Translations under genes and position numbers: made by a program
The notes under the pieces: generated by a model
The model's database searches: none
What the model saw: the letters and a program-made list of their open reading frames with translations, nothing else
Told to the model about the DNA's origin: nothing
Source: Roseibacillus sp.
GTDB taxonomy: Bacteria; Verrucomicrobiota; Verrucomicrobiia; Verrucomicrobiales; Akkermansiaceae
NCBI GenBank assembly: GCA_051251855.1
Contig: JBPOGI010000004.1
Location: forward strand, 320,001 to 384,000
DNA length: 64,000 nucleotides
Reading direction: 5' to 3'
In this document: piece after piece, positions 1 to 9,560 of the stretch
Layout: every line of letters starts with the position of its first letter
Numbering within the stretch: the first letter of the stretch is position 1

Positions 1-1044
1 CCAGTGCCCCGGAGGCGTCTCCGAATCCGGGCCATCCGCCCAAAACTCGGCCAACACGCGTCCAAAGTCTGCCCTCTTAACCATGTTAGAAGCATAGGGC
101 GCCATCGTCACAGGGTTCACCGAATGACCTCCCCCATCGTTCAAGCCTAGAGAGTTGTTGCCAATCGCCCCAGGAGAGTAATCCATAGTAACTCCGTCAT
201 CAGGATCGAGCCAACTGCTGAACCGAATCACCTCGATGTTATTCACCTTGAACTGAAAGTCCCCCACTCCATTGAGATAAGGAGGATCCCCTGGATCTAG
301 ATAGAGCTTGGCCCCTCCCTCATAGTGGAGACCAAATGGCCGCACCGCTCCCCAGTGTGCACCCACAAACGTCTGAACCCCCGAAGGAATCACGATTCCA
401 TTTTGAGTCACGAAGAAGGAAAACGCCAAAGGCTGCCAGCGGTTAGGATCATTCATCGTCGTCCCCGTTGACGAGAGGATCATCGGACTATTGACCGACG
501 AATAGGTGGGATCGTTGTATCCGTTTGCCTCCCGTGACTGGTCAGTTGCGGCAAAGGCCAAAATCGTCTCCGCCACTCGATTGCCCACAGCGGCTGGGCT
601 GTCTCCCACCACTGTTGTGGTCGCGATCGGATATCCAAGCGCTCCCATCTCAGCATCAAAGGCAGCCTTGGCAGCGGTAGCAGCTGAACTCGGAGTATTG
701 GGATGAGGAGTCGTAAAATACCGCTTCACCAAAACTCGATAGGCCGCATAACTGATCGCCTCCTGCCGCGCTTCCGCAAGCGTGCTTCCACTCGGCACCA
801 CCGCGACTTCATTATGCACATAACCCACTGCTGTAGCATCGTATGCCGCCCAAACATCATAAAAAGCCACCGAGAGATGGAACAGATTGCGAGCGTGAAC
901 CGGAGGATCTGGAAAAGCAGTCCGGATAGCAGCTAAATTTTGCTCGTTCCAATCTCGAGCAATCGAGGTCGCGGAAGCCGTCGAACCTAGGGAACACATC
1001 AGACTCGCAAGCAGGGGGAGGAAAAGGTGGGCTTTCGCTTTCAT
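1..1044 (-). CDS. Secreted vanadium-dependent haloperoxidase-like (PAP2 superfamily) protein, 3' end runs off the window
   Basis: Not in the ORF track. Manual translation from ATG at 1044 is open to base 1 (348 codons): signal peptide MKAKAHLFLPLLASLMCSLGSTASA, then SIARDWNEQNLAAIR..PPVHARNLFHLS..DPNRWQPL..HWGAVRPF..RVLAEFWADGPDSETPPGHW, motifs typical of bacterial VHPO-like proteins. Confidence 0.8.
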   Translation of the reverse strand, partial: MKAKAHLFLPLLASLMCSLGSTASATSIARDWNEQNLAAIRTAFPDPPVHARNLFHLSVAFYDVWAAYDATAVGYVHNEVAVVPSGSTLAEARQEAISYAAYRVLVKRYFTTPHPNTPSSAATAAKAAFDAEMGALGYPIATTTVVGDSPAAVGNRVAETILAFAATDQSREANGYNDPTYSSVNSPMILSSTGTTMNDPNRWQPLAFSFFVTQNGIVIPSGVQTFVGAHWGAVRPFGLHYEGGAKLYLDPGDPPYLNGVGDFQFKVNNIEVIRFSSWLDPDDGVTMDYSPGAIGNNSLGLNDGGGHSVNPVTMAPYASNMVKRADFGRVLAEFWADGPDSETPPGHW

Positions 1045-1211
1045 TCAGAAAAGTTAACTAATACAACGTTTCGTTTCGTTTGACCAATACAACTCGTGTT
1101 CTCCCCTCAACAACCGCGAAGTCTACCCTCGGTTTCCACATCCTTCGAGAGAAACTATTCTTGTCGCAATTCACGCTTTCTCTTTTGTCATTCCAACCTT
1201 TCCTTTGAACC

Positions 1212-2081
1212 ATGATGCGTTTTCTTTCGGCCGGTCTCTTCACAATCGCGGTGATATCCTGCGCTCCGCAAACCGATCCGGCTCCTCCCAAAGACGTCAC
1301 ACCGGCCACCCCTCCCGTCAGAGCCCAGCAATACCCTGGAAACACCGCCCCTCTGCCCACCGAGGGAATCCTCCCGACCAGAACCACTCATCACACCACT
1401 CGAGCTCAAAAGGCCCAAATTGCCGGAGTCACCCTCACCTACCTCAGCTTCGACACCCGAACCCACACCCTTGCAGTAGTCGACCAAACCGGAGTCGGAT
1501 CTGAGTTCCAATCTGCCTCCGAAGTCTCCCGCGCCAAAAACGCACTCGCCGCCATCAATGGTGGATTCTTCACCCCCGAAGGTCAGCCACTGGGACTTGT
1601 TTACCAAAACGGTAAAAAATCTGGAGCTCTTAACACCGCCTCCTCTCTCGGAAGCGGAGTCCTTTACGTGGACCAAAAACTCGCTCAGCCTGTGATTACA
1701 CGTCGCTCCACTTTCCAAAAGTGGCTCAAAGATCCGGCATTCAATCCCAAGGAAGTCCTCCAAACCGGCCCCTTCCTTGTCGAAGGTGGGCGCAGTGTTT
1801 CAGGATTAAGCAATGACGAACCTCGCGTGCGCTCTCTCCTTTTCTGGGATGGCAAACACCACTTTGCCATTGCTCAATGCGAGCCCATTTCCTTGCGTAA
1901 TCTTGGCGGAGCTTTGGCCAAACAAACCCTTCCCGGGTTTCACATCGAAGTCGCCCTCAACCTAGACGGAGGACGTTCCGCCGACCTCAACATCTCCTCA
2001 AAGGTACCCGGTGGCCCCATCAATCTTCGCCGTTGGTGGAATAAACCCGTTCGCAACTACGTTGTTATTAAGCAACAATGA
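1212..2081 (+). CDS. Phosphodiester glycosidase (NAGPA/DUF2233) family lipoprotein
   Basis: Lipobox-like VISC; motifs AAINGGFF, QTGPFLV, ALNLDGGRS. Confidence 0.85.
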   Translation: MMRFLSAGLFTIAVISCAPQTDPAPPKDVTPATPPVRAQQYPGNTAPLPTEGILPTRTTHHTTRAQKAQIAGVTLTYLSFDTRTHTLAVVDQTGVGSEFQSASEVSRAKNALAAINGGFFTPEGQPLGLVYQNGKKSGALNTASSLGSGVLYVDQKLAQPVITRRSTFQKWLKDPAFNPKEVLQTGPFLVEGGRSVSGLSNDEPRVRSLLFWDGKHHFAIAQCEPISLRNLGGALAKQTLPGFHIEVALNLDGGRSADLNISSKVPGGPINLRRWWNKPVRNYVVIKQQ

Positions 2082-2797
2082 TGCGCCTGCTCTTCACCTT
2101 CTTCTGTCTCTCCCTCCTCAATCTCTCTGCGGATTATCAGCGAGTTGACCTCGTTGTTTCCGCCGAAGGTCGCACTGGGACCATGCATCTCTATCGTTTT
2201 GGGAGTAAAGATGTCGCGCTCAAAGTGATTACTCGAGGCCAACATGCCAATCTCGGTGCTGCCATGAAGGCCAACCAATGCCTTGCCGGTTGCAATGGAG
2301 GCTTCTTCGATCCCAAGTATCGACCTTTGGGCGAAGTCATCGCCAGCGGTAAAAAGACCGGCCATTGCAATCTCGCCTCCTCCCTCACCTCCGGAGTTCT
2401 CTATCAACAGGGCAACACCCTCGCCATCGAACGAGCCAAAAGCTTCTACAAAAAGAACCTCACTCCAAGCGAACTCCTGCAAACCGGCCCCTTTCTCATC
2501 GAAAACGGCCAGACCGTAAAAGGCCTTTCCAATCGAAAGTTCGCCCGCCGCACCCTCATTGCCACCAATGGCCAAGGAGAATGGTTCATCGCCTATACTC
2601 CGCCCACTACTCTCGCACAGCTCGCCACCTCACTCCTTCAGTCAGGCGACCGCTATGGATTCGACATCCAAACAGCCCTGAACTTTGACGGAGGCTCATC
2701 CTCAGCCCTTTGGGTGGGCAAGGGCAGAGAAAACAATTCTTTCTACCTCCGCGAATTTAAGCCCGTCTCCAACTACGTCGGCCTGGTGGCGAAGTAA
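2078..2797 (+). CDS. Phosphodiester glycosidase (NAGPA/DUF2233) family secreted protein, paralog of upstream gene
   Basis: Motifs CNGGFF, QTGPFLI, ALNFDGGSSS; signal peptide; ATGA overlap with previous gene. Confidence 0.85.
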   Translation: MMRLLFTFFCLSLLNLSADYQRVDLVVSAEGRTGTMHLYRFGSKDVALKVITRGQHANLGAAMKANQCLAGCNGGFFDPKYRPLGEVIASGKKTGHCNLASSLTSGVLYQQGNTLAIERAKSFYKKNLTPSELLQTGPFLIENGQTVKGLSNRKFARRTLIATNGQGEWFIAYTPPTTLAQLATSLLQSGDRYGFDIQTALNFDGGSSSALWVGKGRENNSFYLREFKPVSNYVGLVAK

Positions 2798-2974
2798 TTG
2801 CCTCCCCGATTAATCCGCAAAACCGTCCTCCTATTGTGGCGATAACCCTCCCGATCCGGAGGCTGATAGGACCTTGTTCCGAGCAGAGTTATCTCTTGCT
2901 CGTAAAACTTTCGCTACCATCTCAAAAAGGTCACGGAAACCTTATATTCTGACTTTTTGTGAGATAAAGATTGC

Positions 2975-2992
2975 AAAAATTTATAAATTTTT
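2975..2992. promoter_or_regulatory. Perfect 18-bp AT-only palindrome, possible operator upstream of the 3080 gene
   Basis: AAAAATTTATAAATTTTT is its own reverse complement and lies ~90 bp upstream of the CDS. Confidence 0.3.
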
Positions 2993-3079
2993 TAAAATTA
3001 CACCCAATCGCCCCCTCCTGTTCACCCAGGAATCCTGATTTCAGGACGACTGGTGGAGGTATACTGAAGACTGCTACCT

Positions 3080-3874
3080 GTGATTTACCGACTCACTGTT
3101 CTTACGACCCTGTTAAGCCTTCTCTGCCCTCTGGCAGCGAACGAAGGCTCTCGTTCCTCATTGTCTCAGCGTGCCAGCGTCAACCACCGAGACTATCTGG
3201 AATCCCGCCGTGAGCTCTTCGGCAGCCTTTCCGATCCCTTTCAAGTCGCTGGAAAAGCCAAAGTCGTGGCAGAAGAGCCTGAGCCTTGGGATTCGCGCAA
3301 AGGCCTTTGGCGCAGGGGAATCACCGCCACCGTCTTCTGGGTCGGAGAATTGCCCACCCCACGCAACCCCACCCCCAATAATGCCAGCTCTTGGGATCCT
3401 CAATGGCAAGAAACCTTTGGAGGAGTGGATCGCCCCCACCCGCGCGATGGCTACCTACCGAAAGGATTCGTGCCCAAGCAATCCCCCTTCTACATCGCCC
3501 TTCCCTACAACGATCTCGCACCGCAAGGCGGACATCACCCCGAGGCCTCGGAAGTCATCCCTTGGTTCTGGAAAGTCCATCAAGGTCCTACCAAATCCGT
3601 CTGCCATGCCAAGTGGATCGCCATTCATCGCGAAGGACGCATCTGCTACGCCCAATGGCGCGATTGCGGTCCTTACTCCACCGACGATTGGCGCTATGTC
3701 TTTCAAGGCGAAAGACCTAAACCAAATCCAAACGGCAACGCCGGCATAGACCTCTCTCCCGCAGTCCGCGACTACATTCAACTCGGCGGTAACTACAAGG
3801 TCGATTGGAAGTTTGTTGAAGACTTCGAAGTCCCCGATGGCCCGTGGAAAAATTGGCTCCCTCCCCAATCATGA
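3080..3874 (+). CDS. Secreted conserved hypothetical protein, possible double-psi beta-barrel (RlpA/expansin-like) fold
   Basis: Signal peptide; ITATVFWVGE, FYIALPYND, YAQWRDCGP, GIDLSPAV resemble the DxGP..IDLS pattern of DPBB proteins. Confidence 0.6.
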   Translation: MIYRLTVLTTLLSLLCPLAANEGSRSSLSQRASVNHRDYLESRRELFGSLSDPFQVAGKAKVVAEEPEPWDSRKGLWRRGITATVFWVGELPTPRNPTPNNASSWDPQWQETFGGVDRPHPRDGYLPKGFVPKQSPFYIALPYNDLAPQGGHHPEASEVIPWFWKVHQGPTKSVCHAKWIAIHREGRICYAQWRDCGPYSTDDWRYVFQGERPKPNPNGNAGIDLSPAVRDYIQLGGNYKVDWKFVEDFEVPDGPWKNWLPPQS

Positions 3875-3894
3875 ACGTCCCTCTTATCCAGAAC

Positions 3895-4536
3895 TCACTT
3901 CTTAACCTCCGGCGCCGGAGCAGCGACCCCCTTGCCAGCTTGCGCGGGAGGGGCAACCCCCTTGCCAGCAGCCGGCCCGACCGTGCCATTATGGTAGATC
4001 ACGGAGAAGCGAGCCTCCCCGGTCTTACGCAAGAGGTCCTCGACGGAGCTGTAAGCCATCAACAGGAAGACTCCCGGAGCAGTTTCGTAATGAAAGGACT
4101 CTTCGCGCGTCAAAAAGCTATCATCGGCGTTTTGCGCCCGACCATTCAAGCGAAACTCACCTCGCCCCTTTTCCAAGACTGCCTTCATTTGATGGAAGCG
4201 GGTGCGAACCTCATCGGGAGTCTCTCCCGGAAACTCGTAGTTGACCGTCAACTCGTACAACCGATCCTTGTGGAATCGGGACTCAACCGAATGAGCCTCC
4301 AACTTCGGAATCCCTCCTCCCTTTTCTTGGAAGCGAAACACTTGCAAGTTGGGGGCATCCGCAGGGAGCTCCACGAACACGTCCAGATTCACCTTCCCCG
4401 CCCATTGCAAGAGACCCGCAGGCTCCTCGCCCCACTCGCGACCGAAGGGCAGCTTGAGAAGAGCTTGCCCGCTTCTTGCAGTCAAAACGAAGCTAGGGAT
4501 GGTCATAATGACAACGAGAGTCAACAAAGCGCGCAT
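3895..4536 (-). CDS. Secreted hypothetical protein
   Basis: 213-aa ORF with signal peptide and a repeated AGKGVA C-terminal tail. Confidence 0.7.
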   Translation of the reverse strand: MRALLTLVVIMTIPSFVLTARSGQALLKLPFGREWGEEPAGLLQWAGKVNLDVFVELPADAPNLQVFRFQEKGGGIPKLEAHSVESRFHKDRLYELTVNYEFPGETPDEVRTRFHQMKAVLEKGRGEFRLNGRAQNADDSFLTREESFHYETAPGVFLLMAYSSVEDLLRKTGEARFSVIYHNGTVGPAAGKGVAPPAQAGKGVAAPAPEVKK

Positions 4537-4593
4537 GCGAGAAAGTTAACTCTCTTAAAACGTTCCCGCAAGACAGCAAGGTGTCGTGGCTCC

Positions 4594-5070
4594 ATGCTCG
4601 TTGAACTCAGTCTCGCGGTCTCCCTCTTACTCTTCATCTCCCTATGGTCATTCCGCACCAACCTACAGACCATTCGTCCTCGCAATTGGGCCATGGTTCA
4701 AACGATCACCGATGCCTACATGACAGGCCCCCTGGCCCAAGCTGAGTCCGTTGACTTCAACGAACTTCTCGACGACACCGTCACCGATTGGCCCACCTAC
4801 CCCAATAAGAAAACCACGACCGACGTTTTGGTTGGCACCCTCCCAGTCGGCACCGACGAAAGCACTGGCACCCTCGTTCTTCGCAAAATCAAGGGCACTC
4901 TCGTGCAGACCAAGCAACCTGCCGCCAACAATCTACCAGCCAACCCCACTGCAGCACAGATCGCCGCTAACCCTGCCCGAGTCGAATCCTGGCTCGTCCA
5001 GAGCCACCTGACCTACAGCGTTGGAAGCCGCACCTACATCAAATCTCGAAGCACTGTCAGAACGCGATAA
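4594..5070 (+). CDS. Type IV pilin/pseudopilin-like protein (start uncertain)
   Basis: G|SMLVELSLAVSLLLFI resembles a class III signal with Glu+5; the track ORF extension to 3844 overlaps an opposite-strand gene and is rejected. Confidence 0.6.
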   Translation: MLVELSLAVSLLLFISLWSFRTNLQTIRPRNWAMVQTITDAYMTGPLAQAESVDFNELLDDTVTDWPTYPNKKTTTDVLVGTLPVGTDESTGTLVLRKIKGTLVQTKQPAANNLPANPTAAQIAANPARVESWLVQSHLTYSVGSRTYIKSRSTVRTR

Positions 5071-5612
5071 TGAAGCTACCTCAACAACTAAAATCTGGCT
5101 TCACTCTCGTCGAAATGACGGTGGTGATTGTCTTTGGTATGGCTCTATCAGCGGCAGGATTAATGCTGCTCAATCAGCAAATCCAAACGGTTCGCACCTT
5201 TAACGACCAAGACTTTATTCTCTCTGAAGCTCCTCAGATCAACACCTCTCTCGCCTCTCTTCTAGGCAAAGCCGATGCTATTCGCCTTCACTCTAACTTC
5301 GCTGGCGCAGTGGGAAACACCAGCCCAGTTCTCTCAGGAGCTACCACTCTCGTTGCCGCCTATCGCAACGTAGACAACACCACTTCCTTCGGAATCATCT
5401 GTTTCGAAACAGTTTCCGGACAGCAGCGGCTCAACTATTACTACTACGACCCCACCCCGCCTGCTACGGCCCCCACCCAAGGCAACCCTTCTTGGACCAT
5501 CTCCCGCAACATCAGCAACGTGAATTTCAGCCTCGTTGATGGCCTTTTCAAGTCCACCTTGTCCGGCCCCAACGGTGAGCAAATCACCTACACCATTTCC
5601 CCCAACCAGTAA
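5070..5612 (+). CDS. Prepilin-type N-terminal cleavage/methylation domain protein
   Basis: KSG|FTLVEMTVVIVFGMAL; TAATG coupling with both neighbours. Confidence 0.85.
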   Translation: MKLPQQLKSGFTLVEMTVVIVFGMALSAAGLMLLNQQIQTVRTFNDQDFILSEAPQINTSLASLLGKADAIRLHSNFAGAVGNTSPVLSGATTLVAAYRNVDNTTSFGIICFETVSGQQRLNYYYYDPTPPATAPTQGNPSWTISRNISNVNFSLVDGLFKSTLSGPNGEQITYTISPNQ

Positions 5613-7684
5613 TGAAGACCTCCAACCGTTCCAAGTTCCATAAGGGTGGCTACGCAGCACTGTTAACCACCATTTCACTCTCGATTACCATCATGGCCTT
5701 TGCCATGACGGCCTTTCGCGAGACTCGACAATCGCACGTGGTCCAAGCTCGTAACCAAGTCAAACTCGACTACAGCCAAAAAGAGAAAGCCTTTCTTCGT
5801 TCTCTACTTCACATCGTTCCCAACTATGCGATGCAGGCAATGATGAAGGACTCGTGGGGAAGTCGAGGCACACTCGACTGGGACTCAATTTTCGACCAAG
5901 CCTTAACTCAGGCGCGTATCGACCAATCTCTCGATCCTGCCATGAATGCCGATTTAGGTATTTCCGTCACTGCGGTCTCTTCCAACACAGGCGACGCCAG
6001 CTTTAACTCAAAGAAATTTGTCTCCTCTCCCAATGGCAACGGCCGCTATGCATTGCAGGATAGCAACGGTTCCCGCAACGCCCCCGACGGGAGCCCCCTC
6101 AACTTACCCCCTCGCATGAGATATATTGGTGGAGGGGGCAGAAGAAGCGGCTGGAATCCCATCATCAGCCTCAACAAGCGACTCAACAATAGTTCTCCGC
6201 TCTATACCGAGATGCCCTATCCCGAGATTGCCTTCGGATACGCTCAACAAGGTTCTAACTTCATTGCCAAGCGCAACTGGTGGGCCTTCACCGTTAACTT
6301 CGGAGCCGAAACCGCAGCTGTCACCGGTATTGCTCCCACTCCCCGTACCTACGTTCTCTCAATTTACGAAGTCCCCACTCAGCTGGCTATCTCTAGCGCA
6401 GGCGCAACGACCTCTCTTGGCGAGTTCAGCGGAGGCACCAGCTGGAGCCCAGCCAATATTGACATCGCAGGCCCCATCTATTCCGAAAACGCTGAGATTG
6501 CCGATACCACCAGTGTGGGTGTCGTCGCCAGCCGCAAAGGAATCAGCTTATCGTCCACAGCCCCAACCGGCCAAAAAATTGGCGGCCTCACGGAGCGACG
6601 CGAACTTCAAGCCACCACCGCCGACAGCACCTTCTACCGCTTTTCTTCCGCATCCGAATCAGGCTATGTCGCCTTCACCCCTATCAACCGAGATATCGAC
6701 TTCTTCGACTACTTCGCCGACACCACTTTTGCCGAGAGAACAACAGGCTATTATGCCGAAAACGACACATCGGGTAATACAAGTCACCGGGACTACTTTA
6801 CCGGACACTACGACCAAAACTCCGTCAACGAAACTAGCTGGAGCACCTACTCGATTGGTGCACGACAAACCCAGATGCAGGTCGAGGTCGCTCGCACCCG
6901 AACCGGCTCTCAACAGCCCGACCGTCTGTTCGTGACAGCCCGCTTCAACGGTGACAGCCAGTCTCGCCGTCAAAGGACGTCACGAGGCAATGGAAACAGT
7001 TACTGGTGGAAATCAGCCGGCCAAGATGGCGTTGCCGCTGGCGGAAATAGCTGGCCCCGCACCCCAGACGGAGATGATTGGTTCATTCAGGATGGAATTC
7101 TTCCCAACGGAAGGCCCTGCCTCACTCTTGACCTCGAGAAGCTCCCTGGCTTTCTCAACCAAATCACCGCTGATGACGTCACCGTCAACAACTCCATTTG
7201 GATTGGAGCCAACTATGGCTACGGCACTGTGGACAAACCCTCCCACCCCAGCTTGGACACCGACATTGCTCTCCTGATCACAAAATCTGAAGACCTCTCA
7301 GCTTACACCAACGGACTCACTATTATCACCCCGTTCCGCGTCTACTTCGCGGATAACTTTAACGACATCCCCGTCACCCCAGCTCCTTCTGGAGCCACTT
7401 TAGACGCAAATGGTGACTGGTATCCGCCTGTCTCAGTCTATGCTCCAGAGAAGCGATTTGGTATTCAAAACACCTCAGGAAACATCGAAGTCGCAGGCCA
7501 GATTGGTTACCTTCCCACCAACGACGCGTCCGCCACAGTCAACCCTCTGGACCTCAAAGACGGCGGCACCGATACCATGACTCCCAGCAGCATTAAGGCG
7601 CAACTCAAGGGCATCTCGAAAGAAGAAGATCTCCCTCCGGTAAGCTCCATGAACTGGCTCACCATTATCGAGGAGATTCACTAG
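5612..7684 (+). CDS. Large PilX/GspK-like pseudopilin-type protein
   Basis: Basic leader then KGG|YAALLTTISLSITIMAFAM without Glu+5; 690 aa; coupled to the upstream pilin gene. Confidence 0.6.
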   Translation: MKTSNRSKFHKGGYAALLTTISLSITIMAFAMTAFRETRQSHVVQARNQVKLDYSQKEKAFLRSLLHIVPNYAMQAMMKDSWGSRGTLDWDSIFDQALTQARIDQSLDPAMNADLGISVTAVSSNTGDASFNSKKFVSSPNGNGRYALQDSNGSRNAPDGSPLNLPPRMRYIGGGGRRSGWNPIISLNKRLNNSSPLYTEMPYPEIAFGYAQQGSNFIAKRNWWAFTVNFGAETAAVTGIAPTPRTYVLSIYEVPTQLAISSAGATTSLGEFSGGTSWSPANIDIAGPIYSENAEIADTTSVGVVASRKGISLSSTAPTGQKIGGLTERRELQATTADSTFYRFSSASESGYVAFTPINRDIDFFDYFADTTFAERTTGYYAENDTSGNTSHRDYFTGHYDQNSVNETSWSTYSIGARQTQMQVEVARTRTGSQQPDRLFVTARFNGDSQSRRQRTSRGNGNSYWWKSAGQDGVAAGGNSWPRTPDGDDWFIQDGILPNGRPCLTLDLEKLPGFLNQITADDVTVNNSIWIGANYGYGTVDKPSHPSLDTDIALLITKSEDLSAYTNGLTIITPFRVYFADNFNDIPVTPAPSGATLDANGDWYPPVSVYAPEKRFGIQNTSGNIEVAGQIGYLPTNDASATVNPLDLKDGGTDTMTPSSIKAQLKGISKEEDLPPVSSMNWLTIIEEIH

Positions 7685-8273
7685 TAACCCGCTCTGAAGG
7701 CCCGCCTTTCACAGTCACGGGCATCCCAATACGACACTTTTGGTAAACAAGAGGCTGCACCTTCTCAGGCATCCGAATACACCCAAAGCTCGAACGATGC
7801 CCTCGAGGAAAAGCTCCCACATGCACCCCCACCCCATCCCAGGTAAGACGCATCCAATAGGGCATTGCAATTCCTAGGTAACGTGTTCCCGCAGGCTTTC
7901 TAGCAACCTCCCAGCTCTTCTCCACTACCACTTCTCCCGTCTCTTTCGAAACATACTTACCATATTTGTTAGATCGCTTGTCCACAATCATCTCCTTAAT
8001 CGGAAAGCGTCCCGTTGGCGTCTCCCGTCCTGGAATGCCAGTCGAGCAATCTGTCTCAATTGCAACCCGGCCCAGTGAGTCCAACAAAAGCAGCTTCTGT
8101 TGCTGAAGTGAAATCTCGATCGACCCCTTCCCCTCCCCCATTCCTTCGTAAATTTCCTCCGAAACCCGCCACCTCGGCTCCGTGGAGGGAACCGCTGGCT
8201 CTACCTCCACAAATTGCGAACATGAACACAACCCCAGCACAAGCACCCCAAATGCTATTTTTACTACAATCAC
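7665..8273 (-). CDS. L,D-transpeptidase (YkuD family) lipoprotein
   Basis: Lipobox LCSC; STG..TPTGRF, MPYWMRL, GVHVG..SSFGCIRMP catalytic motif. Confidence 0.9.
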   Translation of the reverse strand: MIVVKIAFGVLVLGLCSCSQFVEVEPAVPSTEPRWRVSEEIYEGMGEGKGSIEISLQQQKLLLLDSLGRVAIETDCSTGIPGRETPTGRFPIKEMIVDKRSNKYGKYVSKETGEVVVEKSWEVARKPAGTRYLGIAMPYWMRLTWDGVGVHVGAFPRGHRSSFGCIRMPEKVQPLVYQKCRIGMPVTVKGGPSERVTSESPR

Positions 8274-8386
8274 AAAGCGAAACTGCCTGAATCCGCCAGA
8301 TTCCTCAAGTGCTATTTTTACAGCCTTAAAAGAACTTTCCTTTTCCCCGTCTTTTCAAAGCAATCTCGGCCTGCTAAATCCCCTCC

Positions 8387-9136
8387 GTGTCCTATCTCGA
8401 AATCGCCCTCAGCGCCGCCCAAGAAGTGGGCCAACTTCTTCGCGACAACTTCCACCAAGACAAAACCGTCGACGAAGCCCTGCACCACGACCTCAAACTC
8501 GAGCTCGACCGCAAGGCGCAAGATCTCATCTTCGCCCGCATCGCCGCCAGCTATCCCGACCATGCACTTTATGGAGAAGAAGGCCTCGGGGGTAACCAAG
8601 AGTCCGACTTCCAATGGATCGTCGATCCCATCGACGGCACCGTCAACTTCTTCTACGGCATCCCTCACTTCTGCGTCTCCATTGCCCTTCGCAAGGGATC
8701 AGACATCCTTATGGGCGTCATTCACGACCCCATGACGGGCGAGACTTGGACTGCCGAGAAAGACGGACAAGTCCTCCTCAATGGTAGACCTCTCAGAGTC
8801 AGTAAACGCACCAAGCTCGAAGAATCCATCGTCTTTATCGGATGCGGCAAAGACGAAGAAGCCCTCAAAATTGGACTCGAACGCTTCCGCAAAGCCTCCC
8901 TTCGTTGCCGAAAGATGCGGATGATGGGTAGCGCTGCCCTCGCCATGGCCTACACCGCCAGCGGCCGACTCGATGCCTACGTTGAATCGCGTATCTCACT
9001 TTGGGACATTGCCGCCGGCAAGCTCATCCTCGAAATGGCCGGAGGCAACTGCGAACTAACCCCCAACCCTGACAACCCAGATATCTACGCCATTAAGGCC
9101 ACTAACGGCCTCATTCCCATCGACGAAGTTCTCTAA
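8387..9136 (+). CDS. suhB: Inositol monophosphatase family protein
   Basis: GEE, WIVDPIDGTVNF, GSAALAMAYTASGRLD, WDIAAG. Confidence 0.85.
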   Translation: MSYLEIALSAAQEVGQLLRDNFHQDKTVDEALHHDLKLELDRKAQDLIFARIAASYPDHALYGEEGLGGNQESDFQWIVDPIDGTVNFFYGIPHFCVSIALRKGSDILMGVIHDPMTGETWTAEKDGQVLLNGRPLRVSKRTKLEESIVFIGCGKDEEALKIGLERFRKASLRCRKMRMMGSAALAMAYTASGRLDAYVESRISLWDIAAGKLILEMAGGNCELTPNPDNPDIYAIKATNGLIPIDEVL

Positions 9137-9151
9137 TAGAAAAACACCACC

Positions 9152-9556
9152 ATGACCCTTCCTCCCTCCTTCACTACCCAAAGCCTCGGCGATCTCAAAC
9201 TCGTCGAAGGCACCGCCAGCTACCGGCCCACCAACCAGAACGAGCACCGCTTTCTCTTTGAACCCCATCAGAACCCCAATCCCACCGCTTGGATCACCCT
9301 CATCGACCAGCGCGCACCCCAGCTCAATAGCCAGTGGCCCGCCATCCTCGCCTCCTCACCCGATAAGCTCAAATCAGCCCTCAGTGCCATCGGCCAACCC
9401 TCTCTCAGCGAAGATGCCGGACTGCAACACATCACTCTCAATGGAGAAGGAGAAGCAATTCTCCTTGTAAGCCTTTTCAAAAGCGAAGAAAGCCACTCCC
9501 TCGAGGCCAGTCTAGACGAACAAGGCCTCGTCAAAGACATCAACGCTACTCGCTAA
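9152..9556 (+). CDS. Hypothetical protein
   Basis: 134-aa ORF filling the gap between IMPase and ispF in the same orientation. Confidence 0.65.
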   Translation: MTLPPSFTTQSLGDLKLVEGTASYRPTNQNEHRFLFEPHQNPNPTAWITLIDQRAPQLNSQWPAILASSPDKLKSALSAIGQPSLSEDAGLQHITLNGEGEAILLVSLFKSEESHSLEASLDEQGLVKDINATR

Positions 9557-9560
9557 CTAG

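Noticed and set aside
3844..4593. N-terminal 250 aa of the 408-aa track ORF
   Set aside because: Fully overlaps a plausible minus-strand secreted protein gene; only the pilin-like part looks coding
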